From the NCBI GenBank assembly GCA_040901675.1, contig JBBDYJ010000001.1, forward strand, positions 75,618 to 139,617: 64,000 nt of DNA, given 5' to 3'. Position 1 is the stretch's first letter, and the number at the start of each line of letters is the position of its first letter. This stretch comes from Pirellulales bacterium. Its GTDB lineage: Bacteria > Planctomycetota > Planctomycetia > Pirellulales > JAICIG01. The notes under the pieces are model-generated. The model worked only from the letters and a program-made list of their open reading frames with translations, was not told where the DNA came from and did no database searches. This document shows, one piece after another, positions 20,228-29,031 of this stretch. Made by a program: the position numbers and the translations under genes.

Positions 20228-21283
20228 GTGCCGTCGCACTCGCTGCCGATTCATTCGCTTGCCTGTTGCCTCGCCGCCGCCCTCTGCGCCTGGCTGCCCT
20301 CCGCGCCCGCATGGGCCCGGACTTCGGCGCCCTCCTTTGCCGGCGTCATCCAGGAGGTCCAGCCCAAGATCGTCAAGATCTTCGGGGCCGGCGGGTTCCG
20401 CGGCCTGGAGGCCTACCAGAGCGGTTTTCTGATCTCCGCCGAGGGGCACATCCTGACGGCTTACAGCTATGTGCTCGATAGCGACGTCATCGCCGTCACG
20501 CTCGACGACGGCCGCCGCTTCGACGCCACGCTGCTGGGTGCCGACCCCAGAATGGAACTGGCCCTGTTGAAGATCGACGCCCGCGGCCTGCCGCACTTCG
20601 ACCTGGCCCAGGCGGCCACGGCCGAGACCGGCTCGCGCGTGCTGGCCTTCAGCAACCTGTTCGGCGTGGCCACGGGCGACGAGCCCGCCAGCGTGCAGCA
20701 CGGCACCGTGGCGGTGAAGAGCCGGCTCGAGGCCCGCCGCGGCGTTTATGAAACGCCCTACACCGGGCCCGCGTACATCCTGGATGCCATGACCAACAAC
20801 CCCGGCGCGCCCGGCGGCGCCCTGACCGATCGCCAGGGCCGGCTGCTGGGAATGCTGGGCAAGGAGCTGCGCAACTCGCTCAACAACACCTGGCTGAACT
20901 ATGCCATCCCGGTCGAGGAAATGACTTCCACCGTCGCCCAGATCCGCGAGGGCAAGTTCATCCCCAGCAGTGCCGGCGACGACCAGTCCCCGCCCGAACA
21001 GCCTCTCAACTCCCACCTGTTGGGCCTGGCGCTGGTGCCCGACGTGCTGGAGCGCACTCCGCCGTTCATCGACGCCGTACACGAAGGCTCGCCGGCCGCC
21101 GCGGCCGGCCTGAGGCCGGACGACCTGGTGCTGTTCGTCAACGACCGCCTGGTGCAATCGTGCAAGACCCTGGTCATCGAGCTGGGGCAGATCGACCGCG
21201 CCGACAAGATCAAGCTGACCGTCATCCGAGGCGGCCAGGAGCTGATCGACGTCGAGCTGGCCGCTCCCGATGAGATTCAATAA
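20228..21283 (+). CDS. S1C trypsin-like/PDZ protein, probably catalytically inactive
   Basis: SGFLISAEGHILTAYSY (no His), MELALLK (Asp to Glu), NNPGAPGG (no Ser); PDZ; GTG start inferred. Confidence 0.85.
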   Translation: MPSHSLPIHSLACCLAAALCAWLPSAPAWARTSAPSFAGVIQEVQPKIVKIFGAGGFRGLEAYQSGFLISAEGHILTAYSYVLDSDVIAVTLDDGRRFDATLLGADPRMELALLKIDARGLPHFDLAQAATAETGSRVLAFSNLFGVATGDEPASVQHGTVAVKSRLEARRGVYETPYTGPAYILDAMTNNPGAPGGALTDRQGRLLGMLGKELRNSLNNTWLNYAIPVEEMTSTVAQIREGKFIPSSAGDDQSPPEQPLNSHLLGLALVPDVLERTPPFIDAVHEGSPAAAAGLRPDDLVLFVNDRLVQSCKTLVIELGQIDRADKIKLTVIRGGQELIDVELAAPDEIQ

Positions 21284-21299
21284 CCCGGGCCCACCCCAC

Positions 21300-23342
21300 A
21301 TGCCGTTATCCAAAATCCGGAATCTCTTCGTCTTCTCCTTGCTGGTCTCCCTGCCGGCCGGCGTTCTTTCTGCCCAGGACGACATCGAGCTCGCCGAGGA
21401 ACGGGCCATCAAGGCGGCGGTCGAGCACGTCGCCGGCTCGGTGGTCAGCATCGAGACGGTGGGCGGCCTGGAGCGCAGCGGCCAGGTGCTCTTCGGTACC
21501 GGCCCCACCACCGGCCTGATCGTCTCCGACGACGGCTATGTCGTTTCCAGCGCCTTCAACTTCGCCCAGAAACCGACCTCGATCCTGGTGAGCCTTGCCG
21601 ACGGAACTCGACTGCCGGCCCAACTGGTCGCCACCGACCACAGCCGCATGCTGGTGTTGTTGAAGGTGGCGGCCGGCGAGCCGCTGCCGGTCCCGGAAGC
21701 GGCCCCGGCGGCGCAAATGATGGTCGGCCAGTGGTCGATCGCCGTGGGCCGCACTTTCGAAGGATCGCAGCCCAATCTCTCCGTCGGCATCGTCAGCGCC
21801 TTGGAGCGCATCTGGGGCAAGGCCCTTCAAACCGATGCCAAGATCTCGCCGGCCAACTACGGCGGGCCGCTGGTCGACATCCGCGGGCGGGTGCTGGGGG
21901 TGCTGGTGCCGCTGTCGCCCACTGAAAGCGGCGAGGTGGCGGGCGTCGAGTGGTACGACTCGGGAATCGGCTTTGCCATCCCGCTGGAGCACCTCAACGC
22001 AGTGCTGCCGCGGCTCAAGGCCGGAGATCTCAAGCCCGGCCTGCTGGGCATCAGCATGTCGGGGCGCGATGTGTACAGCGACCCGGCCGTGATCGCGGCC
22101 TGCCGTCCCAACTCGCCGGCGTATGAGGCCGGTTTGAAGTCGGGCGACCGCATTGTCTCCGTCGAGGGCCGCCCCATCGAGCGGCAGGCCCAGTTGCTCT
22201 ACGAGATCAACCGCCGCTATGCGGGCGACACGGTCGCGCTGACGGTCCAGCGCGGCGACGAACAATTCGAGCGGCCCGTCAAGCTGGTCGATCACCTGGA
22301 GCCCTACCAGCGAGCGTTCCTGGGCATCCTGGCTGTCCGGTCCACCCATCTCGCCGAACCGGCTGCCGCCGAGCCGCCCGCCACCGAGCCGCGCGCCGCC
22401 GACCAGCCTGCCGCCGAGCCGGCCGGCGTCCAGGTGCGCTATGTCTATCCCGAGAGCCCGGCGGCCAAGGCCGGTTTGCAGGCGGGCGACGTGATCAGCT
22501 CTTTCAACGAAAAGCCGCTTGGCGGCCGCGACGAGCTGGCCGAGGCCCTGGCCGCGCTCAAGGTCGCTCAGCAGGTGCCGCTGGCGATTCGCCGGGGCGA
22601 CGAGACGCTCTCGCTCGAAGTCGAGCTGGCTGCTGAGCCCGAGACGGTCCCGGACGAGCTTCCCGCGCCCGCCGGACCTGCGCCGGCTGCCGAGCCGGAG
22701 CCGGCCGATGCCGAGGAAGCGATGCCTCAGCGCGGCGTGATTGCCTTGAAGGTGCCCGAGTTCCAGAACGATTGCCTGGTGTACGTGCCCGAATCGTACC
22801 GGACGTCGGCATCGCACGGCCTGGTGGTTTGGCTGCACCCTGCCGGCGGCTCCAAGGACGACGAGCTGGTGGCTCGCTGGCAGGGCCACTGCGAGCGTTT
22901 GGGTCTGATTCTGATTGCGCCCAAGGCCGCCGATCCCGCCCGCTGGCGCAGGGAAGACATCGACTTCATCAAGAAGGCCATCGATCAGCTCCGGCAGAGC
23001 CACGCGATCGATCCGTTGCGGGTGGCCGCGGTCGGCCAGCAGATGGGCGGTTCGTTGGCGTATGTGTTGGCGTTTGCCCACCGCGATCTGGTCCGTGGCG
23101 TGGCGGCCCTGGACGCGCCGCTGGGCGGCTCGCCTCCTGACAACGATCCTGTTTACCGGCTGACGTTCTACGTGACCAAGTCGGGTTCGATGCAGGCCCA
23201 ATTGATCGACGCCGCGGTGAAGCTGCTGCGCGACCGCAAGTACGCGGTCGTGGTCCCCGCCGCTGCCCAGCAGGCCGCCGCGTTATCCGACGCCGAGCTC
23301 GCCCCCCTGCTCCGCTGGCTCGACTCTCTCGACCGCCTGTGA
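21300..23342 (+). CDS. S1C trypsin-like protein with two PDZ domains and a C-terminal alpha/beta-hydrolase-like domain, probably inactive
   Basis: TGLIVSDDGYVVSSAFNF, ISPANYGGP (Ser to Tyr), two 'SPA..AGL..GD' PDZ motifs, 'YVP..Y....GLVVWLH' hydrolase entry. Confidence 0.85.
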   Translation: MPLSKIRNLFVFSLLVSLPAGVLSAQDDIELAEERAIKAAVEHVAGSVVSIETVGGLERSGQVLFGTGPTTGLIVSDDGYVVSSAFNFAQKPTSILVSLADGTRLPAQLVATDHSRMLVLLKVAAGEPLPVPEAAPAAQMMVGQWSIAVGRTFEGSQPNLSVGIVSALERIWGKALQTDAKISPANYGGPLVDIRGRVLGVLVPLSPTESGEVAGVEWYDSGIGFAIPLEHLNAVLPRLKAGDLKPGLLGISMSGRDVYSDPAVIAACRPNSPAYEAGLKSGDRIVSVEGRPIERQAQLLYEINRRYAGDTVALTVQRGDEQFERPVKLVDHLEPYQRAFLGILAVRSTHLAEPAAAEPPATEPRAADQPAAEPAGVQVRYVYPESPAAKAGLQAGDVISSFNEKPLGGRDELAEALAALKVAQQVPLAIRRGDETLSLEVELAAEPETVPDELPAPAGPAPAAEPEPADAEEAMPQRGVIALKVPEFQNDCLVYVPESYRTSASHGLVVWLHPAGGSKDDELVARWQGHCERLGLILIAPKAADPARWRREDIDFIKKAIDQLRQSHAIDPLRVAAVGQQMGGSLAYVLAFAHRDLVRGVAALDAPLGGSPPDNDPVYRLTFYVTKSGSMQAQLIDAAVKLLRDRKYAVVVPAAAQQAAALSDAELAPLLRWLDSLDRL

Positions 23343-23732
23343 GGGGCGGGGCCGACGGATTGTTCCTTGTTACTGCGCGACCGTCCTCAAATGGAACGCG
23401 TGTTCTCGGAGCTGGTTCCCGAGTGGAACGCGCGACGGGAACAGGAGTTGGACACGCGATCCGCGCTCCGCTGGCCCGAGAAGCTGCATAAAAAGACGCC
23501 GATTCTCCTCTTGCACGGAACCGCGGATTGGCGCGTGAGTCCGACGCAATCGCTACGCATGGCAGAAGCGCTTTACCGATTCAAGCATCCATTTCGGTTG
23601 GTTCTTTATGAAGGTGGGGATCACGGCCTTTCGGAACACCGAGCGGACGTCGATCGCGCAATGGACGAATGGCTCGACAGGTACGTGCGCGACAATAAGC
23701 CCTGGCCAAGCCTCGAGCCACACGGAGAGTAG
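23343..23732 (+). pseudogene. C-terminal fragment of an S9/prolyl-oligopeptidase-family peptidase
   Basis: TPILLLHGTADWRV (Asp) and YEGGDHG (His) present, GxSxG absent; no credible start. Confidence 0.7.
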
Positions 23733-24286
23733 CGCCTGCCCATGACAGTCCGCCGGACCTGCCGCGGACGGCCACGGACACCCCCGGCCATTGGCATGCC
23801 CCGGACGATATCCGCCGGCGCTCCATCGCAGTACGGCCCTGCGTCGCCTATTCCGCCGGCTTACCCTTGTTCGCCCTTGACGGACGCTGCTTGTGCCTGC
23901 AGCTCCTTCAGCGTGTGCTTTCCTTCGTCTTCCACTCGATTCGACCGTTGGCGGCGCGACCGAGAATGACTCCGGCGGCTTGCGCCAGGAGGACCAGCGG
24001 CGGCCGCGTGTGGTGACTCCTTCGCGCCTGAGGCTCTTGCACCCCGGTCCCTGCCGGTTTTCACCGGCGCTATCGCTGCGTCCCCTCTCTTCCCCAATGG
24101 GAGCGCGCTTTGACAAACTGAACGGGCTCCTTCTCGTTCCGCCGCCGCAGCAACTTACGAAAGTCGAACTGGCATTCGAGATCACGACGCTGCGGGACCA
24201 CATAATCCATATAATCGCTAAAGTCGCACTAGTTTCACGCCGAATGAGGGGTCAGTGGCATCCAACAGGGAACCGGGGGAGCCTGC

Positions 24287-25684
24287 ATGCCTCGAAAAAG
24301 CCTTCGAGTGGCCTTGTGTGTGCTGGTGCATTGCACGGTCGTGTCGCCAAGGACATGGGCCCAAAACGTTTGGGAGCCTCTCCCGGTGCCGCAATCCGAG
24401 CCCGCCATCGAGTCGGAGGCACTTCCTGACGCCGAGGCAGAGGAGGTGCGCCCACTGTGGGGAGGCCTGGGAAATCTTCGAATCACGTGGGCGGCGATCC
24501 CCGAGCCTCTCGACCTTATGCCGCCGCCGGCCAACCCGAATATGTTGTTTGGCAACGAGATAAGGGAGCCCCCAGGAGTGGCAGCGTTAGTTTACGGGCT
24601 GCCGATAGTTCTTGACTCGAAAGCCTCTCTTCGCGTCGATACGGCCTACGACACCGGCTTTGTGGGAAGCGGTATTCGTCTTCTACCCTCCACGATCGCC
24701 CTGGACGGAACCAAAGAATCACGTCGACAGGGGCAGTTCCAACTGGGCGCCCAGCCGTCACAACTGAAATTCGCCGCCGTGGCGCCCAACGGCCGGTATC
24801 GCGGTGACGCGGAGATCCATTTCTTCGACACAGCGGAGATCCGTCAGTTGAAGGGTCAGGTCGCCCTGCCTTCCAGCGATGTCATCTACGGTGGCTTCAC
24901 ATGGACGACATTCATGGATGAATACGCGGTGCCCATCAGCATGATCGCCGACGCAACGAGCGCTGGCACTGTTTTCCGAAGACAAGCCCAATTGGGTTAC
25001 TTCCACGTGCTCAACGAGCTCTGGAGTCTCTCGGCGGCAATTGAGCACGGCCCGAACGACGATTTCACCCTCGTCAACACCGGCGACGAACGCCTGCGAC
25101 GTTGGCCAGATCTGGTTCTACGGCTGCGCTGGGGATCCTCGCCCGATCCTCGCGTGGGCAGCTCTTTGCACGTCGCCACACTCTTGCGCTCCATCGGCCG
25201 CGAGGATGTTACCTTTGTCGAAGACTTCACAACGGGCTGGGGCATCTCCGTAATGATGAAGGCAGAGACGTGGGACCAGAATCACCTGTTCGTCGGCTTT
25301 GTCGGGGGCGAAGGCATCGGCAGCTATATCTTTGGATTTACTCCGGACAAGGCCGCGCCTCCCGACAACATGCCTGCAGCTGGTCCTCTGTCGGGCAATC
25401 TGACAGCTCTGGCCAACCACGGCGCGCACATTGGCTACCAGCACGTGTGGTGCCCAGACTGGTCGCAGTCGAACATCGGCTTCGGCTATGCCTACGCCGA
25501 GACGACCGCTGCCATGCCGGTGACGGCCGCACGGCGACTGAAGAATGCATGGATCAACCATCAATGGCGTATCAACCCTGCCATTTCGCTGGGCGTGGAG
25601 TATCACTACGCGGATCGCGAGGTCCGAAGTGGCCTCGACGGCGACAACCATCGTATCATGGTCGTGACGCAGTTCCTCAACTAG
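24287..25684 (+). CDS. DcaP-like outer-membrane porin
   Basis: Signal peptide; 'TWTTFMD', 'RRQAQLGY', 'WPDLVLRLRW', 'GEGIGSY'; amphipathic beta strands and an aromatic residue near the C-terminus. Confidence 0.7.
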   Translation: MPRKSLRVALCVLVHCTVVSPRTWAQNVWEPLPVPQSEPAIESEALPDAEAEEVRPLWGGLGNLRITWAAIPEPLDLMPPPANPNMLFGNEIREPPGVAALVYGLPIVLDSKASLRVDTAYDTGFVGSGIRLLPSTIALDGTKESRRQGQFQLGAQPSQLKFAAVAPNGRYRGDAEIHFFDTAEIRQLKGQVALPSSDVIYGGFTWTTFMDEYAVPISMIADATSAGTVFRRQAQLGYFHVLNELWSLSAAIEHGPNDDFTLVNTGDERLRRWPDLVLRLRWGSSPDPRVGSSLHVATLLRSIGREDVTFVEDFTTGWGISVMMKAETWDQNHLFVGFVGGEGIGSYIFGFTPDKAAPPDNMPAAGPLSGNLTALANHGAHIGYQHVWCPDWSQSNIGFGYAYAETTAAMPVTAARRLKNAWINHQWRINPAISLGVEYHYADREVRSGLDGDNHRIMVVTQFLN

Positions 25685-25714
25685 ACTAGCCGACAGCGAT
25701 CGCGCGGCGGATTG

Positions 25715-25920
25715 AACCCAGCAGTTCGGCGGCATGCTGATCGCACCCGGCCAACCGTCCTCGATGGGGCCGGACTTCACCGTGGGCCAGTGTCCCGTGC
25801 GGCGGTGGTGCGCGTCGGCCCAGAGCAGCACCTGCTTCTCGGACAACGGCGGCAAATCGCCACGCAACCGGACGCCCCGCCGCCGGGCCAGCAACCGGGG
25901 CAGCGGAGGGGGCAGTGCAT
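25715..25920 (-). pseudogene. Remnant single unit of a planctomycete repeat-protein family (L.....ILxWADAHHxRTGxWP motif)
   Basis: LLARRRGVRLRGDLPPLSEKQVLLWADAHHRRTGHWPTVKSGPI; the frame then runs antisense into the porin gene. Confidence 0.55.
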
Positions 25921-25979
25921 GGACAAAGACGCTATGTTACGGACGGAGATTCACCACGGAGCCACCGATGGGACGAGAC

Positions 25980-26580
25980 GATGAGGCGAGGGGGCGAGGG
26001 GGCGAAGAGGGGAGCGGGGGCCAGAGGTCAGAAGTCAGAGGTTCCGCCAAAGGCGGACTTTCGGCGGACCCTCCAGCGCGCGACCAAAGAACAAAGAGCC
26101 AAGATCCAAGCACCAAGACCCAAGTACCAAGATCCATTCTGACTTCTGTCCCTTGAATCACCGCAAATTGGGAAACAACTCAAAACTCAGCCAAGCAGCA
26201 CAGCGAACTTACCGTCTTCTTTTTGTGCCTTTTTGTGTTTCTCGTGGCCATCCTCTTCGTCCGTCCGTCGTCGTCTTTGCGGCTTCGCGCCTTTGCGTGC
26301 GGACGGCAAGGTTGACCGCAGAGGACGTAGAGACGCGCGGAGGAGGAAGGACGGAAGGCAGAAGGACAGTAGCCCTCACCCTCCGCGTGAAGTAGCTGAA
26401 ATCAGGGCGCGGGAGTCAGGCGTTCCACACGCGGCGGACTTCAGCCCAGTTCCGCCTGCGGCGGACTTGCAGCCCAGAAGGGCGAGCCACCGCGGAGCGA
26501 GTGGACCACACTAAAGAGGCAGACCTGGTTACCTGCTAGTTGCTGGTCGCCAGAAACCAGCAACCAGCAACCAGCAACTT
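25980..26580. repeat. Intergenic patchwork of short tandem repeats (7-, 8-, 9-mers) and 15-bp palindromes
   Basis: CAGAGGT/CAGAAGT, (NNCCAAG)n, (AACCAGC)n, CTTTGCG-type 9-mers, TCCGCCnnnGGCGGA x3. Confidence 0.8.
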
Positions 26581-26581
26581 C

Positions 26582-26944
26582 CTAAATGAACTGGCCGCCG
26601 CTGAGATACCAGCCTTCGCCGCACGAGCGGCACCAGAGGATCCGGGTGCGAAGCTGCACGGAGTTGCCGTGCTTGCTGGGAATCGTCACGAGCACCTCGC
26701 CCGATTCCAGCGGCATCGAGTGCAGCAGCCCGATGCCGCTGAACGAAAGCTCGCGGGTAAAGGCCGAGAGCCGATGCCCCGGATCGCCGTTGAGGCTGAT
26801 GCTGACCAGCCTGAAAAACGGATGCCGGGCTTGCCCCCGCCGGTCCTCGAATGCCTCCTGCTTGGCTTCGTCGAGAAGCCGGCGGATCGTGTCGCCGAAG
26901 CGCGTTTTTTCGCCTGCCTGATCGGTCAATTGGCTGATGCGCAT
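26582..26944 (-). CDS. Stand-alone PilZ domain protein
   Basis: RxxxR (DRRGQAR) and D/N-x-S-x-x-G-like (ELSFSG) motifs; AGGAGG SD before ATG 26944. Confidence 0.8.
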   Translation of the reverse strand: MRISQLTDQAGEKTRFGDTIRRLLDEAKQEAFEDRRGQARHPFFRLVSISLNGDPGHRLSAFTRELSFSGIGLLHSMPLESGEVLVTIPSKHGNSVQLRTRILWCRSCGEGWYLSGGQFI

Positions 26945-27129
26945 TGCAATGCCTCCTGTGCCACGAGATGCGACTAAACCGAATGGTCCGGATATGCCGG
27001 CAACTGCCGGGACTTCACTGCCGATTGGCAAGCACGTAAGTGAGGGGGACGTATCTGAACTCTAGCTCGAAAACCACCGGCGAGACGCCTGGCGGCCGGG
27101 ACCAAAGGGGGACAAGGAGTTAGCGTTGC

Positions 27130-28056
27130 TCAGAATGCCCGCCGCGAAGCTTCGATCAGTTGCCCGGCGCCCTGGGACAGCAACTGCTCGGCAACGGCCT
27201 GTCCGAGCTGCTCGGCCTGGTCGGGCGCGGCGGAGGCGGAGGCTTCGAGCCGGCGCGAGCCGTCGGCCGCCAGCACCACGCCGACGAGGTGCAAGAGGGC
27301 GTCCTCCCGCCGTCCCCAGGCGGCCACGGGAGCCAGGCAGCCCCCCCGCAAGGCGGCCAGCATGGCCCGCTCGGCCAGCACGGATTGCTGCGTGGCAAGA
27401 TCGTTCAAGGGCGCGAGCAAGCCGCGGGTGCCGCTGTCGTCTTCTCGGGCTTCGATGCCCAGGGCGCCTTGGCCGACGGCGGGCAGCATCAGGTTCCTGG
27501 GCAGGATTTGCGTGATCCGCCCGGCCAGGCCCAGCCGCACCAGGCCCGCCTCGGCCAGGACCAGCGCGTCGTACTGGCCCGCATCGAGCTTGGCCAGTCG
27601 GGTCTCGACGTTGCCGCGCACGTCGTGCATCACGAGGTCGCTTCGTGCATGCCAGAGTTGCGCCCGCCGCCGCAGGCTGCCGGTCCCGACCACGGCCTGG
27701 GGCGGCAACGTCTCCCACGATTCGGTCCGGCTGCTCACCAGCACGTCGCCGGCTGGCCCGCGCTGGGGCACGGCGGCCAGCACGATGCCGGCGACCGGTT
27801 CGGTGGGGAGATCCTTCAGGCTGTGTACCGCCAGGTCGATCTCGCCGGCCAGCAGCACCCGCTGGATGGCCTTGGTGAACACGCCCTGCGTGCCGATCGC
27901 CCCGATCGGTCCGCCCCAGTCCTGGTCGCCGTGGGTGGTCAAGGGCACCATCCGGACTTCGATGCCCTGCTGGGAGAGTTCCCGGGCGACCCAGTCGGCC
28001 TGCCAGCGGGCCAGCGGGCTGGCGCGCGTGCCCAGGCGAATCGTTGGAGCTGGCAT
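27130..28056 (-). CDS. hemC: Hydroxymethylbilane synthase (porphobilinogen deaminase)
   Basis: IRLGTRASPLARWQA, DLAVHSLKDLP, VGTGSLRR, RGNVETRL, LRGGC. Confidence 0.97.
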   Translation of the reverse strand: MPAPTIRLGTRASPLARWQADWVARELSQQGIEVRMVPLTTHGDQDWGGPIGAIGTQGVFTKAIQRVLLAGEIDLAVHSLKDLPTEPVAGIVLAAVPQRGPAGDVLVSSRTESWETLPPQAVVGTGSLRRRAQLWHARSDLVMHDVRGNVETRLAKLDAGQYDALVLAEAGLVRLGLAGRITQILPRNLMLPAVGQGALGIEAREDDSGTRGLLAPLNDLATQQSVLAERAMLAALRGGCLAPVAAWGRREDALLHLVGVVLAADGSRRLEASASAAPDQAEQLGQAVAEQLLSQGAGQLIEASRRAF

Positions 28057-28072
28057 CAAATGCTGGCGAGGT

Positions 28073-28975
28073 TCAAGTGGCCGTTTCGAGGGTCCGCGGA
28101 ATCTGGTGCGGGGGCACCACCACGCCGCAACTGATCACGAACTGCAGGGCCTGGTCGATGGTCAGGTCCAGGTCGATCGTCTCGCTCTTGGGCACCGTGA
28201 CGATGTACCCGGTGATCGACATCGGCGAGGCGGGGATCATCAGCGAGAGCATCGGCTCGTTGGTGGCCGAGCGGATGTCCAACAAGCTTTCGCCGGTCAC
28301 AAAGCCCAGCGACCAGGTTCCCTTGCGGGGATACTCGACCGCCACGACCCGCTTGTACTCGATTTCCTTCTCGTTGAACATGAAGTCGGTGACCTGCTTC
28401 ACCGAGCCGTAGACGATCCGCACCAGCGGCAGGCGATGGATGCCCCGTTCGAACAGGTTCCAGAACATGCCGCCGATCCCGGCCGCCATGAACTTGCCCA
28501 ACAGGTACAACAGCAGGATGAAGACGCAGACGAACAGCGGAACCACCCGTTGCGGCTGCAAATAAACCACCTCCGCGTAGCGGCGATAGATCTCGCTGCG
28601 GTCGCCGGTGCGCAGCACCGCGCTGGCGTCGTTGCGCAGCCTGCGCAACACTTCCCGCGGAATGTAAATGCCGTTGCCCAGCCGGACGTACACTTCGCCG
28701 CCGGCCAGCTCGATCTCGCTGGGCGCCTCGCCGACCGTGGTCGGCGCGTTGGCCAGCTTCCGCTGGTCCTGCTTGTTCCAGTACCAGGCGATGATGTTGC
28801 GCGTGCCGAGGGTCACCGGCTCCAACGCGTACTGCTGGATCGTCCCCAGCACCCAGAGAAAAATGACGATCGTCAAGAGCGGCGGCAGCACCACCCCCAA
28901 ACCGCGCAGCACGGCCCGGCGAAACGGGTACGACCAGGACTGGCGGCGCCTTAATCGTGGATTGACCGGTGGCAT
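28073..28975 (-). CDS. DUF502 domain membrane protein
   Basis: GL.VVLPPLLT, RLPLVRIVYGSVKQ, VAVEYPRKG, P.SP...TGY. Confidence 0.88.
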   Translation of the reverse strand: MPPVNPRLRRRQSWSYPFRRAVLRGLGVVLPPLLTIVIFLWVLGTIQQYALEPVTLGTRNIIAWYWNKQDQRKLANAPTTVGEAPSEIELAGGEVYVRLGNGIYIPREVLRRLRNDASAVLRTGDRSEIYRRYAEVVYLQPQRVVPLFVCVFILLLYLLGKFMAAGIGGMFWNLFERGIHRLPLVRIVYGSVKQVTDFMFNEKEIEYKRVVAVEYPRKGTWSLGFVTGESLLDIRSATNEPMLSLMIPASPMSITGYIVTVPKSETIDLDLTIDQALQFVISCGVVVPPHQIPRTLETAT

Positions 28976-29031
28976 GGCTGGCTTCTCGTACGCCCTCCGC
29001 AATTATACGACTTTCCAGCGCCGGGCTGAAA

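Noticed and set aside
23340..23342. Selenocysteine recoding of the TGA before the S9 fragment
   Set aside because: The position is not a catalytic Cys site, no convincing SECIS hairpin is visible, and the upstream protein ends naturally.
23742..24286. Several short ORFs on both strands upstream of the porin gene
   Set aside because: No motifs, SD or codon bias to favour any of them; possibly decayed DNA.
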